In this document: piece by piece, positions 28,647 through 38,215 of the stretch
How positions within the stretch are numbered: the first letter of the stretch is position 1
Layout of the letters: each line of letters opens with the position of its first letter
DNA from: an uncultured Gemmatimonadales bacterium
GTDB taxonomy: Bacteria > Gemmatimonadota > Gemmatimonadetes > Longimicrobiales > Longimicrobiaceae
DNA length: 64,000 nucleotides
NCBI GenBank assembly: GCA_963716255.1
Contig: OY970303.1
Span: 7,904,001-7,968,000 of the forward strand
Direction: 5' to 3'
The notes under the pieces: generated by a model
What the model was told of the DNA's origin: nothing
Databases searched by the model: none
What the model saw: only the letters and a program-made list of their open reading frames with translations
Made by a program: the position numbers and the translations under genes

Positions 28647-31403
28647 ATGCCCCGACGCTCCACCCCGCCCGCGCCCCGCGCCCCCGCCCCCGGCGAGGGC
28701 GCCATCCTGCACTTCGCCCGCCTGGCCGCCCAGGCGCTGCGGTCCCCCATCGCCGTCCTGTACGCGGGGGCGCCCGACGCGCCGCGGGTGGCCTCGTTCG
28801 GCGCGCCGGCCGCGTGGAAGCCGGGGTGGGAGACCGCCCTCGGCGAGCGCCTCCTCCGCCGCATGTCCGGGACGGACGCCCTCGCCGCCGCGCAGCTGCG
28901 CGCCGGCCCCCGCTTTCCCGGCGCGGGCGGGTACGCCGCCGTCCGCGTGGGCGCGCCCGGGGCGGCCCCGGCGCTGCTCGCGGTGCTGGACACCCGGCCG
29001 CGCGCCTGGGACCCGGCCGAGATGGAGCTGCTCCGCGAGGTCGCGGCCGCCGCGGGCGCGGCGCTCGGCGCCGCCGGGGGCGGGGAAGCGGACGGGCCCG
29101 CGTCCGCGCTGCGCTGGCGCTACCACTGGCTGGCGGGGGGCGCCGGGGGATCCGTGCTCCTCCCCGGCGAGCCCGCGGGCGGGACCAGCGCCATCCCGCC
29201 CTGGGACGACGCTCCCGCCGCCGCCACCGCCGCCGCCGCCGGCGGGGAGGAGGCCGCCGCCGCGGGGCTCCGGGTGCGGTACGCGGCCGCCGCCGCCGCG
29301 CTGGAGGGCGCCACGGTGGAGGACGCCTTCCGCCAGGCGCTCGCCGGGGTGTGCGAGCACGCCGGGTGGCCCGCCGGCCGCGCGCTGCTCCGCGGCGCGC
29401 CGGGGGGCGTCCCCGACGAGGTCTGGCACCTCGCCGGAGGGGGCGCTCCCGCGGGCGCGCCCCGCCCGCCGCTCGACGGCGGGCTCGCGGAGCGGGCGCG
29501 CCGCACCGGCGAGCCCGCCTGGGCGCGCGAGGCCGAGGCGGCCCTCCCCGCGCTCCTCTGGGCGCTGGGCGCGCGCGGCGCGCTCGCCCTCCCGGTGTAC
29601 GCCGGGGGCGCGGTGGCCGCCGTGCTGGAGCTCTTTCCCGCCGAGCCCCACCCCCCCGAGCCCTGGCTCGCCGACGCGCTGGAGGACGCCGCCGGGCACC
29701 TGGGGCGCCGCCTGGAGCGCGAGGCGCGGGACGAGGCGCTGCGCCGCGACAGCGAGCACTCGCGCGCGCTGGTGGAGCGCGCCGGGGCCATCGTCTGGGA
29801 AGCCGACCCGGCCACGCTCCGCTACCTGTTCGTGAGCAGCGGCGCCGAGCGGCTCCTGGGGTGGCCGGCGGAGCGCTGGACCGGCGACCCCGAGTTCCGG
29901 GCGCGCCACCTGCACCCCGCCGACCGGGAGTGGGTGGTGGCGCAGTGCCGCGACGCCGTCGCCCGCGGCGAGCCCCACGACCTGGAGTACCGCATGGTCG
30001 CCGCCGACGGCCGGACCGTGTGGGTGCGCGACATCGTGGGGCCGCGGCAGGACGGCAGGATCGTGGGGGTGATGGTGGACGCCACCGACCGCCGCGCCGC
30101 CGACCGCGACCGCGAGCACCTGCTCCTGGCCGAGCAGGAGGCGCGCGCCCGCGCCGAGCGCGCCGAGCGCCGCTCCGCCGTGCTGGCCTACGCCAGCGAG
30201 CTGCTGCACAGCGCCTTCGACGATTCCCGCGAGGACCTGCGCGCCACCCTGTCCAGCCTGGCGACGCTCGCCGTCCCCACGCTGGCCGACTACTGCCGCA
30301 TCGACGAGGTGGACGCCGACGGCTCGCTGGCGCGCCTCGCCCTGGTGCACGGCGGCGGGCGGGAGGAAGCGGGCGCCGACGCCTTCGCCCCCGACGCCCC
30401 CGCGGCGCGGCACCCGGCGCTCCGCGTCGCGCGCACCGGCGAGACCGTGTTCCTCCCCGAGGCCGGCCGCGCCGAGCTGCGCGACCTGTTCGCCGACCCG
30501 GCCGAGCTCCGCGCCCTTCCCACGCGGCTCCGCTCGCTGCTGGTGGTGCCGCTGGCCGCGCGCGGCCGCGTCTTCGGCGCGCTGACGATGGCCACCTCCG
30601 GCTCGCGCCGCCGCTACGGGCACGACGACCTGCACTTCGCCGAGGACCTGGCGCGCCGCATCGCGCTCGCCCTGGACAACGTGCGGCTGTACCGCGACGC
30701 CGAGGCCGCCGTGCGCCTCCGCGACGAGGTGGTGGCCATCGTCTCGCACGACCTGCGCAACCCGCTGGGCGTGGTCACCTTCAGCTCCGACGTGCTGCTG
30801 CGCTCCTGGGACGGGAACCCGGGGCGCGCCCGCGACCGCCGCCAACTGGAGGGGATCTCCCAGGCCGCCGAGCGCATGCGGCGGCTGATCCTGGACCTGC
30901 TGGACGTGGCGCGGGTGGATGCCGGCAGCCTCCCGGTGGAGCCCGTCCCGTGCCCCGCCGGCCCGCTGGCGGCCCACGCCCTGGAGCTGGACGCCGCCCT
31001 CGCCGAGGAGCGCGGGGTCACCGTGCGCTCCCTGGTCCCCGACGACGCCCCCCTGGTCCTCGCCGACCGCGAGCGCATCCTCCAGGTCATTTCCAACCTC
31101 CTGGGGAACGCCGTCCGCTTCACCCCGCCCGGCGGCGCCATCACGCTCCACGCCGACACATGCGAGCGCGAGGTCCGCTTCGCCCTGGCGGACGCGGGCC
31201 CCGGCATCCCCCCGGACGACCTCCCCCACGTCTTCGACCGCTTCTGGCGCGGCCAGCGCTCCGCGCGCAGCGGCGCCGGCCTGGGGCTGGCGATCGCGCG
31301 GGGGATCGTGGAGGCCCACGGCGGCCGGATCTGGGCGGAAAGCGTGCTCGGGGAAGGGAGCACCTTCTACTTCACGCTCCCGCGGGCGGACGCGGGAAGG
31401 TGA
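28647..31403 (+). CDS. Multi-GAF/PAS sensor histidine kinase
   Basis: GAF-like, PAS (HLHPADRE, EYRMVAADG), GAF, VSHDLRNPL, NLLGNAVRF, GAGLGLAI; start uncertain. Confidence 0.9.
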   Translation: MPRRSTPPAPRAPAPGEGAILHFARLAAQALRSPIAVLYAGAPDAPRVASFGAPAAWKPGWETALGERLLRRMSGTDALAAAQLRAGPRFPGAGGYAAVRVGAPGAAPALLAVLDTRPRAWDPAEMELLREVAAAAGAALGAAGGGEADGPASALRWRYHWLAGGAGGSVLLPGEPAGGTSAIPPWDDAPAAATAAAAGGEEAAAAGLRVRYAAAAAALEGATVEDAFRQALAGVCEHAGWPAGRALLRGAPGGVPDEVWHLAGGGAPAGAPRPPLDGGLAERARRTGEPAWAREAEAALPALLWALGARGALALPVYAGGAVAAVLELFPAEPHPPEPWLADALEDAAGHLGRRLEREARDEALRRDSEHSRALVERAGAIVWEADPATLRYLFVSSGAERLLGWPAERWTGDPEFRARHLHPADREWVVAQCRDAVARGEPHDLEYRMVAADGRTVWVRDIVGPRQDGRIVGVMVDATDRRAADRDREHLLLAEQEARARAERAERRSAVLAYASELLHSAFDDSREDLRATLSSLATLAVPTLADYCRIDEVDADGSLARLALVHGGGREEAGADAFAPDAPAARHPALRVARTGETVFLPEAGRAELRDLFADPAELRALPTRLRSLLVVPLAARGRVFGALTMATSGSRRRYGHDDLHFAEDLARRIALALDNVRLYRDAEAAVRLRDEVVAIVSHDLRNPLGVVTFSSDVLLRSWDGNPGRARDRRQLEGISQAAERMRRLILDLLDVARVDAGSLPVEPVPCPAGPLAAHALELDAALAEERGVTVRSLVPDDAPLVLADRERILQVISNLLGNAVRFTPPGGAITLHADTCEREVRFALADAGPGIPPDDLPHVFDRFWRGQRSARSGAGLGLAIARGIVEAHGGRIWAESVLGEGSTFYFTLPRADAGR

Positions 31404-31487
31404 AGCGCGAAAGCGCGAAAGTGCGGGACTGGAACGGCAGTACGCAGCACGCTGAAACGCGCCTCCGCCGGGACTCCCGGCGGGGGC

Positions 31488-31694
31488 GTGTCGTTCTCCC
31501 CCTCTCCCGCTTGCGGGGGAGGGGGCCGGGGGGAGGGGGCCGCCGCGGACGCCAGCGCGATGCCCGCGTGAGGGATTTCGGCCCGAAGGGGCGAGACCCG
31601 CGGGCAGTTTCGCGGGGCTCGACTCCGTTAGGCAGCGTTGTTTGCTGCCTTACGGAGCCGAAGCCCGACCCCGGCGCCCGCCGGGGGCACGCCC
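31488..31694 (-). repeat. REP-like palindrome + core A copy 7 (31565-31694)
   Basis: cctctcccgcttgcgggggaggg; stem AGGCAGC/GCTGCCT. Confidence 0.93.
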
Positions 31695-31891
31695 GCCCCA
31701 CAACTGCTTCCCCTTTCGTGCGCCTCCCTGTCTAATCCATCCCGCATAACAAGCGACACCCCTTGTCGGAAATCCGCCTGGTTAATATCGTTCACTGCTG
31801 GAAGGCGCGACACCGGAGAGGCCCTCCGGGTCGGCCGACCGCCGCTTCCCGAACACCGGGCGCGGCCCTCCAACCCACGCGCCACCCGGGC

Positions 31892-33820
31892 ATGCAACAG
31901 GGCATCGGCCACACCATCCTCCTGGGGGGCGTCGGCGGCGACTCCCACTCCGTGGGGCTCACCATCCTCCGCCAGGCCCTCGGCAAGAACGGCTACCGCG
32001 TCCACTACCTGGGCACGCAGAACCGGCTGGAGGAGTTCTTCCGGCTGGCGCCGCTCTGCAACGTGGTGATGATCTCCAGCATGGACGGGCACACCCGGTA
32101 CTACCTCAAGGAGTTCCCGGAGCTGATGGAGAAGTACCAGGCGCGCACCCCGCTCTGGTACCTGGGCGGCAACCTCACCATCGGCGACTCGCTGGGCTAC
32201 GAGCAGATCTTCCGGGAGATGGGGCTGGACCGCGTGTTCGTGAAGTTCACCGACCTGCGGCAGGTGCTCCAGACGCTCCAGGCCGACCTGTCCACCCGCG
32301 AACCCGTCGCCGAGTCCGCCACCCTGCTCGCCGAGACGCCGCGCATCGCGGCCGCCTACGCCACCTCGGTGGGCGACGACCGGCTGGACCCCGACGCGTT
32401 CGACCGCGACCGCCGCGAGGTGCTGGAGCACTGGAAGACCGGCGCCCGCGCCCGCCACCTGGACGAGAACGCCGAGTTCCTGGGGCGGCAGCCCAGCTTC
32501 GCGGCCCTGCAGGCCGCCGCCAACGCCGGCGCGCGCGAGATGCTGGTGCAGCCCCGCTCCGGCGTTCCGCTGGTGGACGACCAGATCCGCCTGTTCCGCG
32601 CCTTCAAGGCCGCGGGGGCGTCCGTCCTTTCCTACCAGGTGGACTCGCTCACCCGCAACAACAACTACGTGGGCGCCGACGAGGTCATCCGGGAGAGCCG
32701 CGCCACCGGCGTCGCCTCGCTCAACGGCTTCCCCGTCGTCAACCACGGCGTCCCCGGGCTCCGGCGGGTGGTGCAGCGGGTGAAGGTGCCGCTCCAGGTG
32801 CGCCACAGCACCCGCGACCCGCGCCTCCTCGCCGAGGTGTCGTACGCGGGGGGCGTCACCTCCTTCGAGGGCGGCGCCATCTGCTACAACATCCCCTACT
32901 ACAAGGACTACCCGCTGGCCGAGTCCATCCGCGCCTGGCAGTACGTGGACTACCTCACCGGGCAGTACCACGAGCGCTTCGGCATCGTGCTGGACCGCGA
33001 GTACTTCGGCACGCTCACCGCCACGCTGATCCCGCCCTGCCTGGCGATCTCCACCGGGATCCTGGAGGCGATCCTCGCCGTGCAGCAGGGGGTCCGGTGC
33101 GTCAGCCTGGGCTTCGCGGAGAGCGGCAACCGCACCCAGGACGTGGCCGCCATCCGCACCCTGCGAGCGATGACGGAAGAGACGCTGCGCAACCTGGGGC
33201 ACGCGGACGTGCAGGTGAACACCGTGTTCCACCAGTACATGGCCGCCTTCCCCGACGCCCCCGCGCGCGCCGAGGAGCTGATCTTCAACTCCGCCGTCAC
33301 CGCCAAGCTCTCCGGCGCGACGCGGGTGATCGTGAAGACGCCGGTGGAGGCCCGCCGCATCCCCACGCTGGAGGACAACGTCGACGGCCTGGGGCTGGTG
33401 GCCCGCGGCATCGCCTCCGCCGCGTCCGAAATGCTGGACGAGCCCGCCATCGCCGCCGAATGCGCAGTGATCCGCCGCGAGGTGCAGGCCATCCTGGACG
33501 CCGTGGTGATGGCCGGGCGGGGAAGCATGGCCCAGGGGATCGTGGAAGCCTTCCGCACCGGGATCCTGGACGTGCCCTTCTCCCCCAGCATCCACAACCG
33601 CGGCGAGGTGGCCACCGCCCGCGACGTCACGGGGGCCATCCGCTTCCTGACCGTGGGCGGGCTCCCCTTCGACCGCGAGACCCGCGAGTTCCACCGGGAG
33701 CGCATGGACGAGCGGCGCCGTGCGGATGGCATCAGCGACTCCCAGGCGTATCTTCTCGTCGAGCAGGACGTGCTGCAGATTCCGCGGGGGCAGTACCGGA
33801 GGTGGCCGCTTTCGGCCTGA
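31892..33820 (+). CDS. Fused adenosylcobalamin-dependent glutamate/methylaspartate mutase (S + E subunits in one chain)
   Basis: N-terminal B12-binding DSHSVG (DxHxxG), ISSMDGH, YLGGNL; C-terminal E-subunit motifs VQPRSG, VDSLTRNN, LNGFPVVNHG, QVRH, FEGGAICYNIPY, FGTLTATLIPP, IVKTPVEA, GILDVPFSP. Confidence 0.92.
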   Translation: MQQGIGHTILLGGVGGDSHSVGLTILRQALGKNGYRVHYLGTQNRLEEFFRLAPLCNVVMISSMDGHTRYYLKEFPELMEKYQARTPLWYLGGNLTIGDSLGYEQIFREMGLDRVFVKFTDLRQVLQTLQADLSTREPVAESATLLAETPRIAAAYATSVGDDRLDPDAFDRDRREVLEHWKTGARARHLDENAEFLGRQPSFAALQAAANAGAREMLVQPRSGVPLVDDQIRLFRAFKAAGASVLSYQVDSLTRNNNYVGADEVIRESRATGVASLNGFPVVNHGVPGLRRVVQRVKVPLQVRHSTRDPRLLAEVSYAGGVTSFEGGAICYNIPYYKDYPLAESIRAWQYVDYLTGQYHERFGIVLDREYFGTLTATLIPPCLAISTGILEAILAVQQGVRCVSLGFAESGNRTQDVAAIRTLRAMTEETLRNLGHADVQVNTVFHQYMAAFPDAPARAEELIFNSAVTAKLSGATRVIVKTPVEARRIPTLEDNVDGLGLVARGIASAASEMLDEPAIAAECAVIRREVQAILDAVVMAGRGSMAQGIVEAFRTGILDVPFSPSIHNRGEVATARDVTGAIRFLTVGGLPFDRETREFHRERMDERRRADGISDSQAYLLVEQDVLQIPRGQYRRWPLSA

Positions 33821-33837
33821 ACTGATACGACTGGGTT

Positions 33838-34165
33838 GGGCGTGCCCCCGGCGGGCGCCGGGGTCGGGCTTCGGCTCCGTAAGCCCGCAAACAACGCGGG
33901 CTAACGGAGTCGAGCCCCGGCGGAAACAACCCCGCCGGGTCTCGCCCCTTCGGGCCGGAATCCCTCACGCGACGGCGGCCCCCTCCCCCGCAAGCGGGAG
34001 AGGGGGAGAACCACGAACGACACGGCTGTTGCCGTTGGGATCTGCGCCGGGAGGTCGGGGGAGGGTCCGCAGGCGGTGCGTTTGTTCGAAGCCAGCGTGA
34101 TCCCGCCGACCTGCTCCACCGGCGGGCGAGTTTCACACCGCCGGAGGAGCCTCCCCCGGCCGACC
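33838..34165 (+). repeat. Composite repeat: core A copy 8 (33838-33971) + palindrome + shortened module B
   Basis: Same modules as 13208-13600. Confidence 0.92.
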
Positions 34166-34248
34166 ACCTACCCGGAGCCCGCCGGAGCAGACCGCCGTAC
34201 ATGCCGACACCGGCCAAACGGCACGATTCAAATCATGGAGTGTTGCGG

Positions 34249-35004
34249 ATGATCGAAGGTGAGGGCAGGGAGGTGCTGGGGATCCTCGGCGGGATGGGGC
34301 CCCTGTCGTCCGCCGAGTTCCTGAAGACCATCTACGAGTGCACGCTGGGCGACCAGGAGCAGGACTCGCCCACCGTGGTGATGCTGTCGGAGCCGGCGTT
34401 CCCGGACCGGACCACCGCCTTCCTGGCGGGCGAGGACGACTCGGTGCTGGAGATGCTGGTTCCGGCGCTGCAGCGGCTCCGCGACGCCGGCGCCACGCGC
34501 ATCGTGATGTGCTGCATGACCGTGCACCACCTGCTGCCGCGCGTGCCGCCGGAGCTGCGCGAGCGGGTGGTGTCCATGCCGCGGCTGCTGACCGAGCTCC
34601 TGCTGGAGACCCGGGGGCGGCACCTGCTGGTGTCCTCCAGCGGGACGCGGGCGTTCCGGCTGCTGGAGCGCGAGCCGCTGTGGGAGCAGGTGCGCGACCG
34701 GGTGGCGCTGGCCAGCGACGAGGACCAGGCCATCATCCACCGCGACCTCATCTACCCCATGAAGCGGCCGTGCGACCTGGACGCGCAGGCCGAGCTGCTG
34801 GAGCGCATGCTGGACCGGTACGACGCCGACGGGTTCGTGGTGGGGTGCTCCGAGGTGCACATCCTCGCCAAGCACGTGCGCGCCGCCGGGCGGACGTGGA
34901 GCTGCGTCGACGGGTTCCGGCACATCGCCGAGGGGCTCGCGGCCGCGCCCGCGGCGGGGGTGACGGCGGGTGGGAGCGCGGCCGCGGACGCCACGCCCTT
35001 GTAG
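34249..35004 (+). CDS. Aspartate/glutamate racemase family protein
   Basis: LGILGGMGPLSS, PDRT, CCMTVH and VGCSE two-cysteine sites. Confidence 0.88.
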   Translation: MIEGEGREVLGILGGMGPLSSAEFLKTIYECTLGDQEQDSPTVVMLSEPAFPDRTTAFLAGEDDSVLEMLVPALQRLRDAGATRIVMCCMTVHHLLPRVPPELRERVVSMPRLLTELLLETRGRHLLVSSSGTRAFRLLEREPLWEQVRDRVALASDEDQAIIHRDLIYPMKRPCDLDAQAELLERMLDRYDADGFVVGCSEVHILAKHVRAAGRTWSCVDGFRHIAEGLAAAPAAGVTAGGSAAADATPL

Positions 35005-35135
35005 GCTCGGGAGTTGTCCGATAAAATATGACCGGCCCGCGGGGCGGAGCTTCCGGCTCCCGCCCGGCCGCGCGGGCCGGCTCCGTTCTCCGGCCCGTCC
35101 ACGCCGACGGCGCTTCACCCTCCGCAGGACGTGCA

Positions 35136-37871
35136 ATGCACCGACGACCCACCCTCCTCCGGCTGGCGCTCCCGCTCTGCGGCACGCTGGCCGCAGGCGC
35201 CGCCGCCGCGCAGCAGCCCGCGCGCCCCGCGCCCACCCCCGCCGCCGAGCTGCGCACCCCGGTGCTCCAGGCCTCGCGCGCGACCGGGGGCATCCGCGTG
35301 GACGGACGCCTGGACGACGCCGCCTGGGCCGCCGCCGAGGTCGCGAGCGACTTCGTGCAGACCCGCCCCACCCCCAGCGCGCCCGCCAGCCAGCGGACCG
35401 AGGTGCGCATCGTGTACGACGAGGCCGCGCTCTACGTGGCCGCGCGCATGTACGACGACCGCCCCGACTCCATCGCCGCCCCGCTGGCCCGGCGCGACGT
35501 GGCCAGCGGCCTGTACTCCGACTGGTTCGACGTGCTCGTGGACAGCTATCACGACCGCCGCACCGGCTTCCGCTTCGCCGTGAACCCCCGCGGCGTCCGG
35601 CGCGACGTGTACCACTCCAACGACGCCAACGAGGACGCCAGCTGGGACCCCGTCTACGAGGTCGCCACGGCGGTGGACTCGGCCGGGTGGACCGCCGAGT
35701 TCCGCATCCCCCTGTCGCAGCTGCGCTTCCCCCGCGCCGCCGCGGGCGCCGAGCGCACCTGGGGGGTGAACTTCTCGCGCACCCTGGCCCGCCGCGACGA
35801 GATCGCCTTCTGGTCCGAGCTGCCCCCCAACTACACCGGGCTGGTGTCGCGCGCCGGCGACCTGCGCGGGCTGGTGGGCATCGGCACCCCGCGGCGGCTG
35901 GAGGTGGTGCCCTACACCAGCGCCCGGCTCACCCGCGAGCCCGGCGAGTCGCGCGACCCCTTCTTTTCCGAGAACGAGGTCGCCGGCTCCATCGGCGCCG
36001 ACGTCAAGGCCGGGCTCCCCGGCGGGCTGACGCTCAGCGCCACCATCAACCCGGACTTCGGGCAGGTGGAGGTGGACCCCGCGGTGGTCAACCTGTCCGC
36101 CTTCGAGACGCTGCTCCCGGAGAACCGCCCCTTCTTCGTGGAGGGCGTGGACATCTTCCGCTTCGGCAACCTGCTCAGCTTCATCAGCCCCGGGTACGCG
36201 CCGTTCTTCTACACGCGGCGCATCGGGCGCGCGCCGCAGCTCGGCGCGCAGCTCCCCGCCGGCGTGCCGGTGGAGTACCTGGACGTCCCCACCCAGTCCA
36301 CCATCCTGGGCGCCGCGAAGGTCAGCGGACGCACCCCGGGCGGGTGGTCCGTCGGCATCCTGGACGCCGTCACCGGCAAGGAGAACGGGCGCTACGCCGC
36401 CTTCGACTCCGCCACCGGGCGCTTCAACACCGTGGAAAGCCCGGTGGAGCCGCTCAGCAACTACTTCGTGGGACGCGCGCGGCGCGACTTCCGCGCGGGG
36501 AACACGCTGCTCGGCGGCATCGTCACGGCCACCCACCGCGACATGGGGGACGACGTCTTCGACGCGTTCCTCCGCTCCAGCGCGTACATCGGCGGGATCG
36601 ACGCCGAGCACTCCTGGAACAGGCGGACCTACGCGCTCAGCGGCTACGTGGCCGGCTCGCAGATCAACGGCTCCCCGGAGGCCATCGCGCTGACCCAGCG
36701 GTCCAGCGCGCGCTACTTCCGCCGCCCCGACGCCGACTACCTGACGTACGACTCCACCCGCACCTCCATGCAGGGGTACAGCGCGGCCATCGCCTTCCGC
36801 AAGACCGGCAACTGGCGGGGGTCGTTCTACTACCAGGAGATCAGCCCCGGCTTCGAGATCAACGACGCCGGCTACCAGACCCGGGTGGACCAGCGCGTCT
36901 TCAACGGGCTGTACGGCTACCGGCGCAGCAAGCCGGGGCCCACCTTCCGCGACTGGTTCGTGCGCGCGTTCACGGCGCAGCAGTGGAACTTCGGCGGCGA
37001 CCACATCAGCTCGTCGTACAGCGTCCGGGCCAACGCCACCCTCAACAACCTGTGGAACGCGACCAGCACGGTCACCTACGGGCCGCGCACCCTCAACGAC
37101 CGGCTGACGCGCGGCGGCCCGCTGGGGCTCACCCCCAGCTTCTACGGTGGCGACGCCCTGGTGGGGTCCGACCCGCGCAAGCCGCTGGTGGGCGCCGTGC
37201 AGGGCTCCTGGGCCAAGGACGAGATCGGCGGGACCAACAAGGTGCTGGTGGCGTCGCTGTCCGGCCGCCCCACCGAGACCCTCCGCTTCAGCGTGGAGCC
37301 GCAGGTGGTCTGGGACCACACCATGGACCAGTACGTCGCGGCGGCGACGGATGCCACCGCCACCGCCACCTTCGGGCGCCGCTACGTGCTCGCCGAGCTG
37401 GAGCAGACCACCGTGGCCCTGGGGATGCGGCTGGACTGGACCTTCACCCCCACGCTCAGCCTGCAGCTGTACGCCGAGCCGTTCGTGAGCGCCGCCGAGT
37501 TCTCCGACTACAAGGAGCTGGTGAGGCCGCGCTCCTTCGAGACGGCGACGTACGGCGTGGACCGCGGCACCATCGAGGAGTTCGCCCCCAACCGGTTCCG
37601 CGTGGACCCGGACGGGACGGGGCCGGCCCGGGCCTTCGCCTTCGGGCAGGCGTTCGGGCAGAGCGACTTCAACCTGCGCTCGCTGCGGGGGAACGCGGTG
37701 ATGCGCTGGGAGTGGCGGCCGGGATCCACGCTCTTCTTCGTCTGGCAGCAGGAGCGGGAGGGGCTGGAGTTCTTCGGCGACTTCGACGGGGGCCGGGAGT
37801 TCCGCGGCATCTTCGACTCGCCGCAGCGCAACGTGTTCCTGATCAAGGCCACGTACTGGCTGGCGCCGTGA
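35136..37871 (+). CDS. DUF5916 / CBM9-like outer-membrane protein
   Basis: Signal peptide, IRVDGRLDDAAW, GWTAEFRIPLSQLRF, TINPDFGQVEVD, ENRPFFVEG, FYTRRIG, terminal KATYW. Confidence 0.9.
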   Translation: MHRRPTLLRLALPLCGTLAAGAAAAQQPARPAPTPAAELRTPVLQASRATGGIRVDGRLDDAAWAAAEVASDFVQTRPTPSAPASQRTEVRIVYDEAALYVAARMYDDRPDSIAAPLARRDVASGLYSDWFDVLVDSYHDRRTGFRFAVNPRGVRRDVYHSNDANEDASWDPVYEVATAVDSAGWTAEFRIPLSQLRFPRAAAGAERTWGVNFSRTLARRDEIAFWSELPPNYTGLVSRAGDLRGLVGIGTPRRLEVVPYTSARLTREPGESRDPFFSENEVAGSIGADVKAGLPGGLTLSATINPDFGQVEVDPAVVNLSAFETLLPENRPFFVEGVDIFRFGNLLSFISPGYAPFFYTRRIGRAPQLGAQLPAGVPVEYLDVPTQSTILGAAKVSGRTPGGWSVGILDAVTGKENGRYAAFDSATGRFNTVESPVEPLSNYFVGRARRDFRAGNTLLGGIVTATHRDMGDDVFDAFLRSSAYIGGIDAEHSWNRRTYALSGYVAGSQINGSPEAIALTQRSSARYFRRPDADYLTYDSTRTSMQGYSAAIAFRKTGNWRGSFYYQEISPGFEINDAGYQTRVDQRVFNGLYGYRRSKPGPTFRDWFVRAFTAQQWNFGGDHISSSYSVRANATLNNLWNATSTVTYGPRTLNDRLTRGGPLGLTPSFYGGDALVGSDPRKPLVGAVQGSWAKDEIGGTNKVLVASLSGRPTETLRFSVEPQVVWDHTMDQYVAAATDATATATFGRRYVLAELEQTTVALGMRLDWTFTPTLSLQLYAEPFVSAAEFSDYKELVRPRSFETATYGVDRGTIEEFAPNRFRVDPDGTGPARAFAFGQAFGQSDFNLRSLRGNAVMRWEWRPGSTLFFVWQQEREGLEFFGDFDGGREFRGIFDSPQRNVFLIKATYWLAP

Positions 37872-37904
37872 GGTTTTCCTGATCGAGGTCGTGTGAATGC
37901 GGGA

Positions 37905-37933
37905 GAGGCCGCTCCGGGTTCGGAGCGGCCTCT
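37905..37933 (+). terminator. Strong hairpin after the DUF5916 gene
   Basis: agaggccgctccg-ggtt-cggagcggcctct, weak U tract. Confidence 0.55.
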
Positions 37934-37980
37934 TCTCGTTGATGGCACGTCGTCGGGGGGGCGGAGCGTGGGGCCGCTCC

Positions 37981-38210
37981 GGAGCCGGACGATACAGCCG
38001 TCCGTCTCCTGCGCGGGTCGCGGAGCCCCGCCAAACTGCCGGCGGGTCTCCGCTCCAGCTCCGTGAGCCTCACGCAAACCGCCGCGTGAGTCTCCCTCCG
38101 CAACATCATGTGGGAACGGCGGCGAACTGCACCGGCAGAAAACCCTCCCCCAGAATTGGGGGATATAGGGGGAAAGCCGTGCGAGCCTCAAGCGAGCCGG
38201 GCGAGGGCCG
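37981..38210 (+). repeat. Array of three GAGC-stem-loop-stem-TCTCC hairpins followed by a REP-like module
   Basis: Units at 37981, 38022 and 38064 with loops atacagc, aaactgcc, aaaccgcc; related array at 52087-52198. Confidence 0.85.
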
Positions 38211-38215
38211 CCGTT

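Noticed and set aside
31740..31891. Cobalamin riboswitch upstream of the B12 mutase (cactgctggaaggcg resembles part of the B12 box)
   Set aside because: The other conserved elements (AGGGAA, CCCxCxACTGT, AGxCxGxAxACC) are not visible; cmscan would be needed.
37981..38100. Possible CRISPR or attC-like array
   Set aside because: Only three units, the variable parts are self-complementary stems rather than spacers, and no cas or integrase gene is present; reported as a hairpin array instead.
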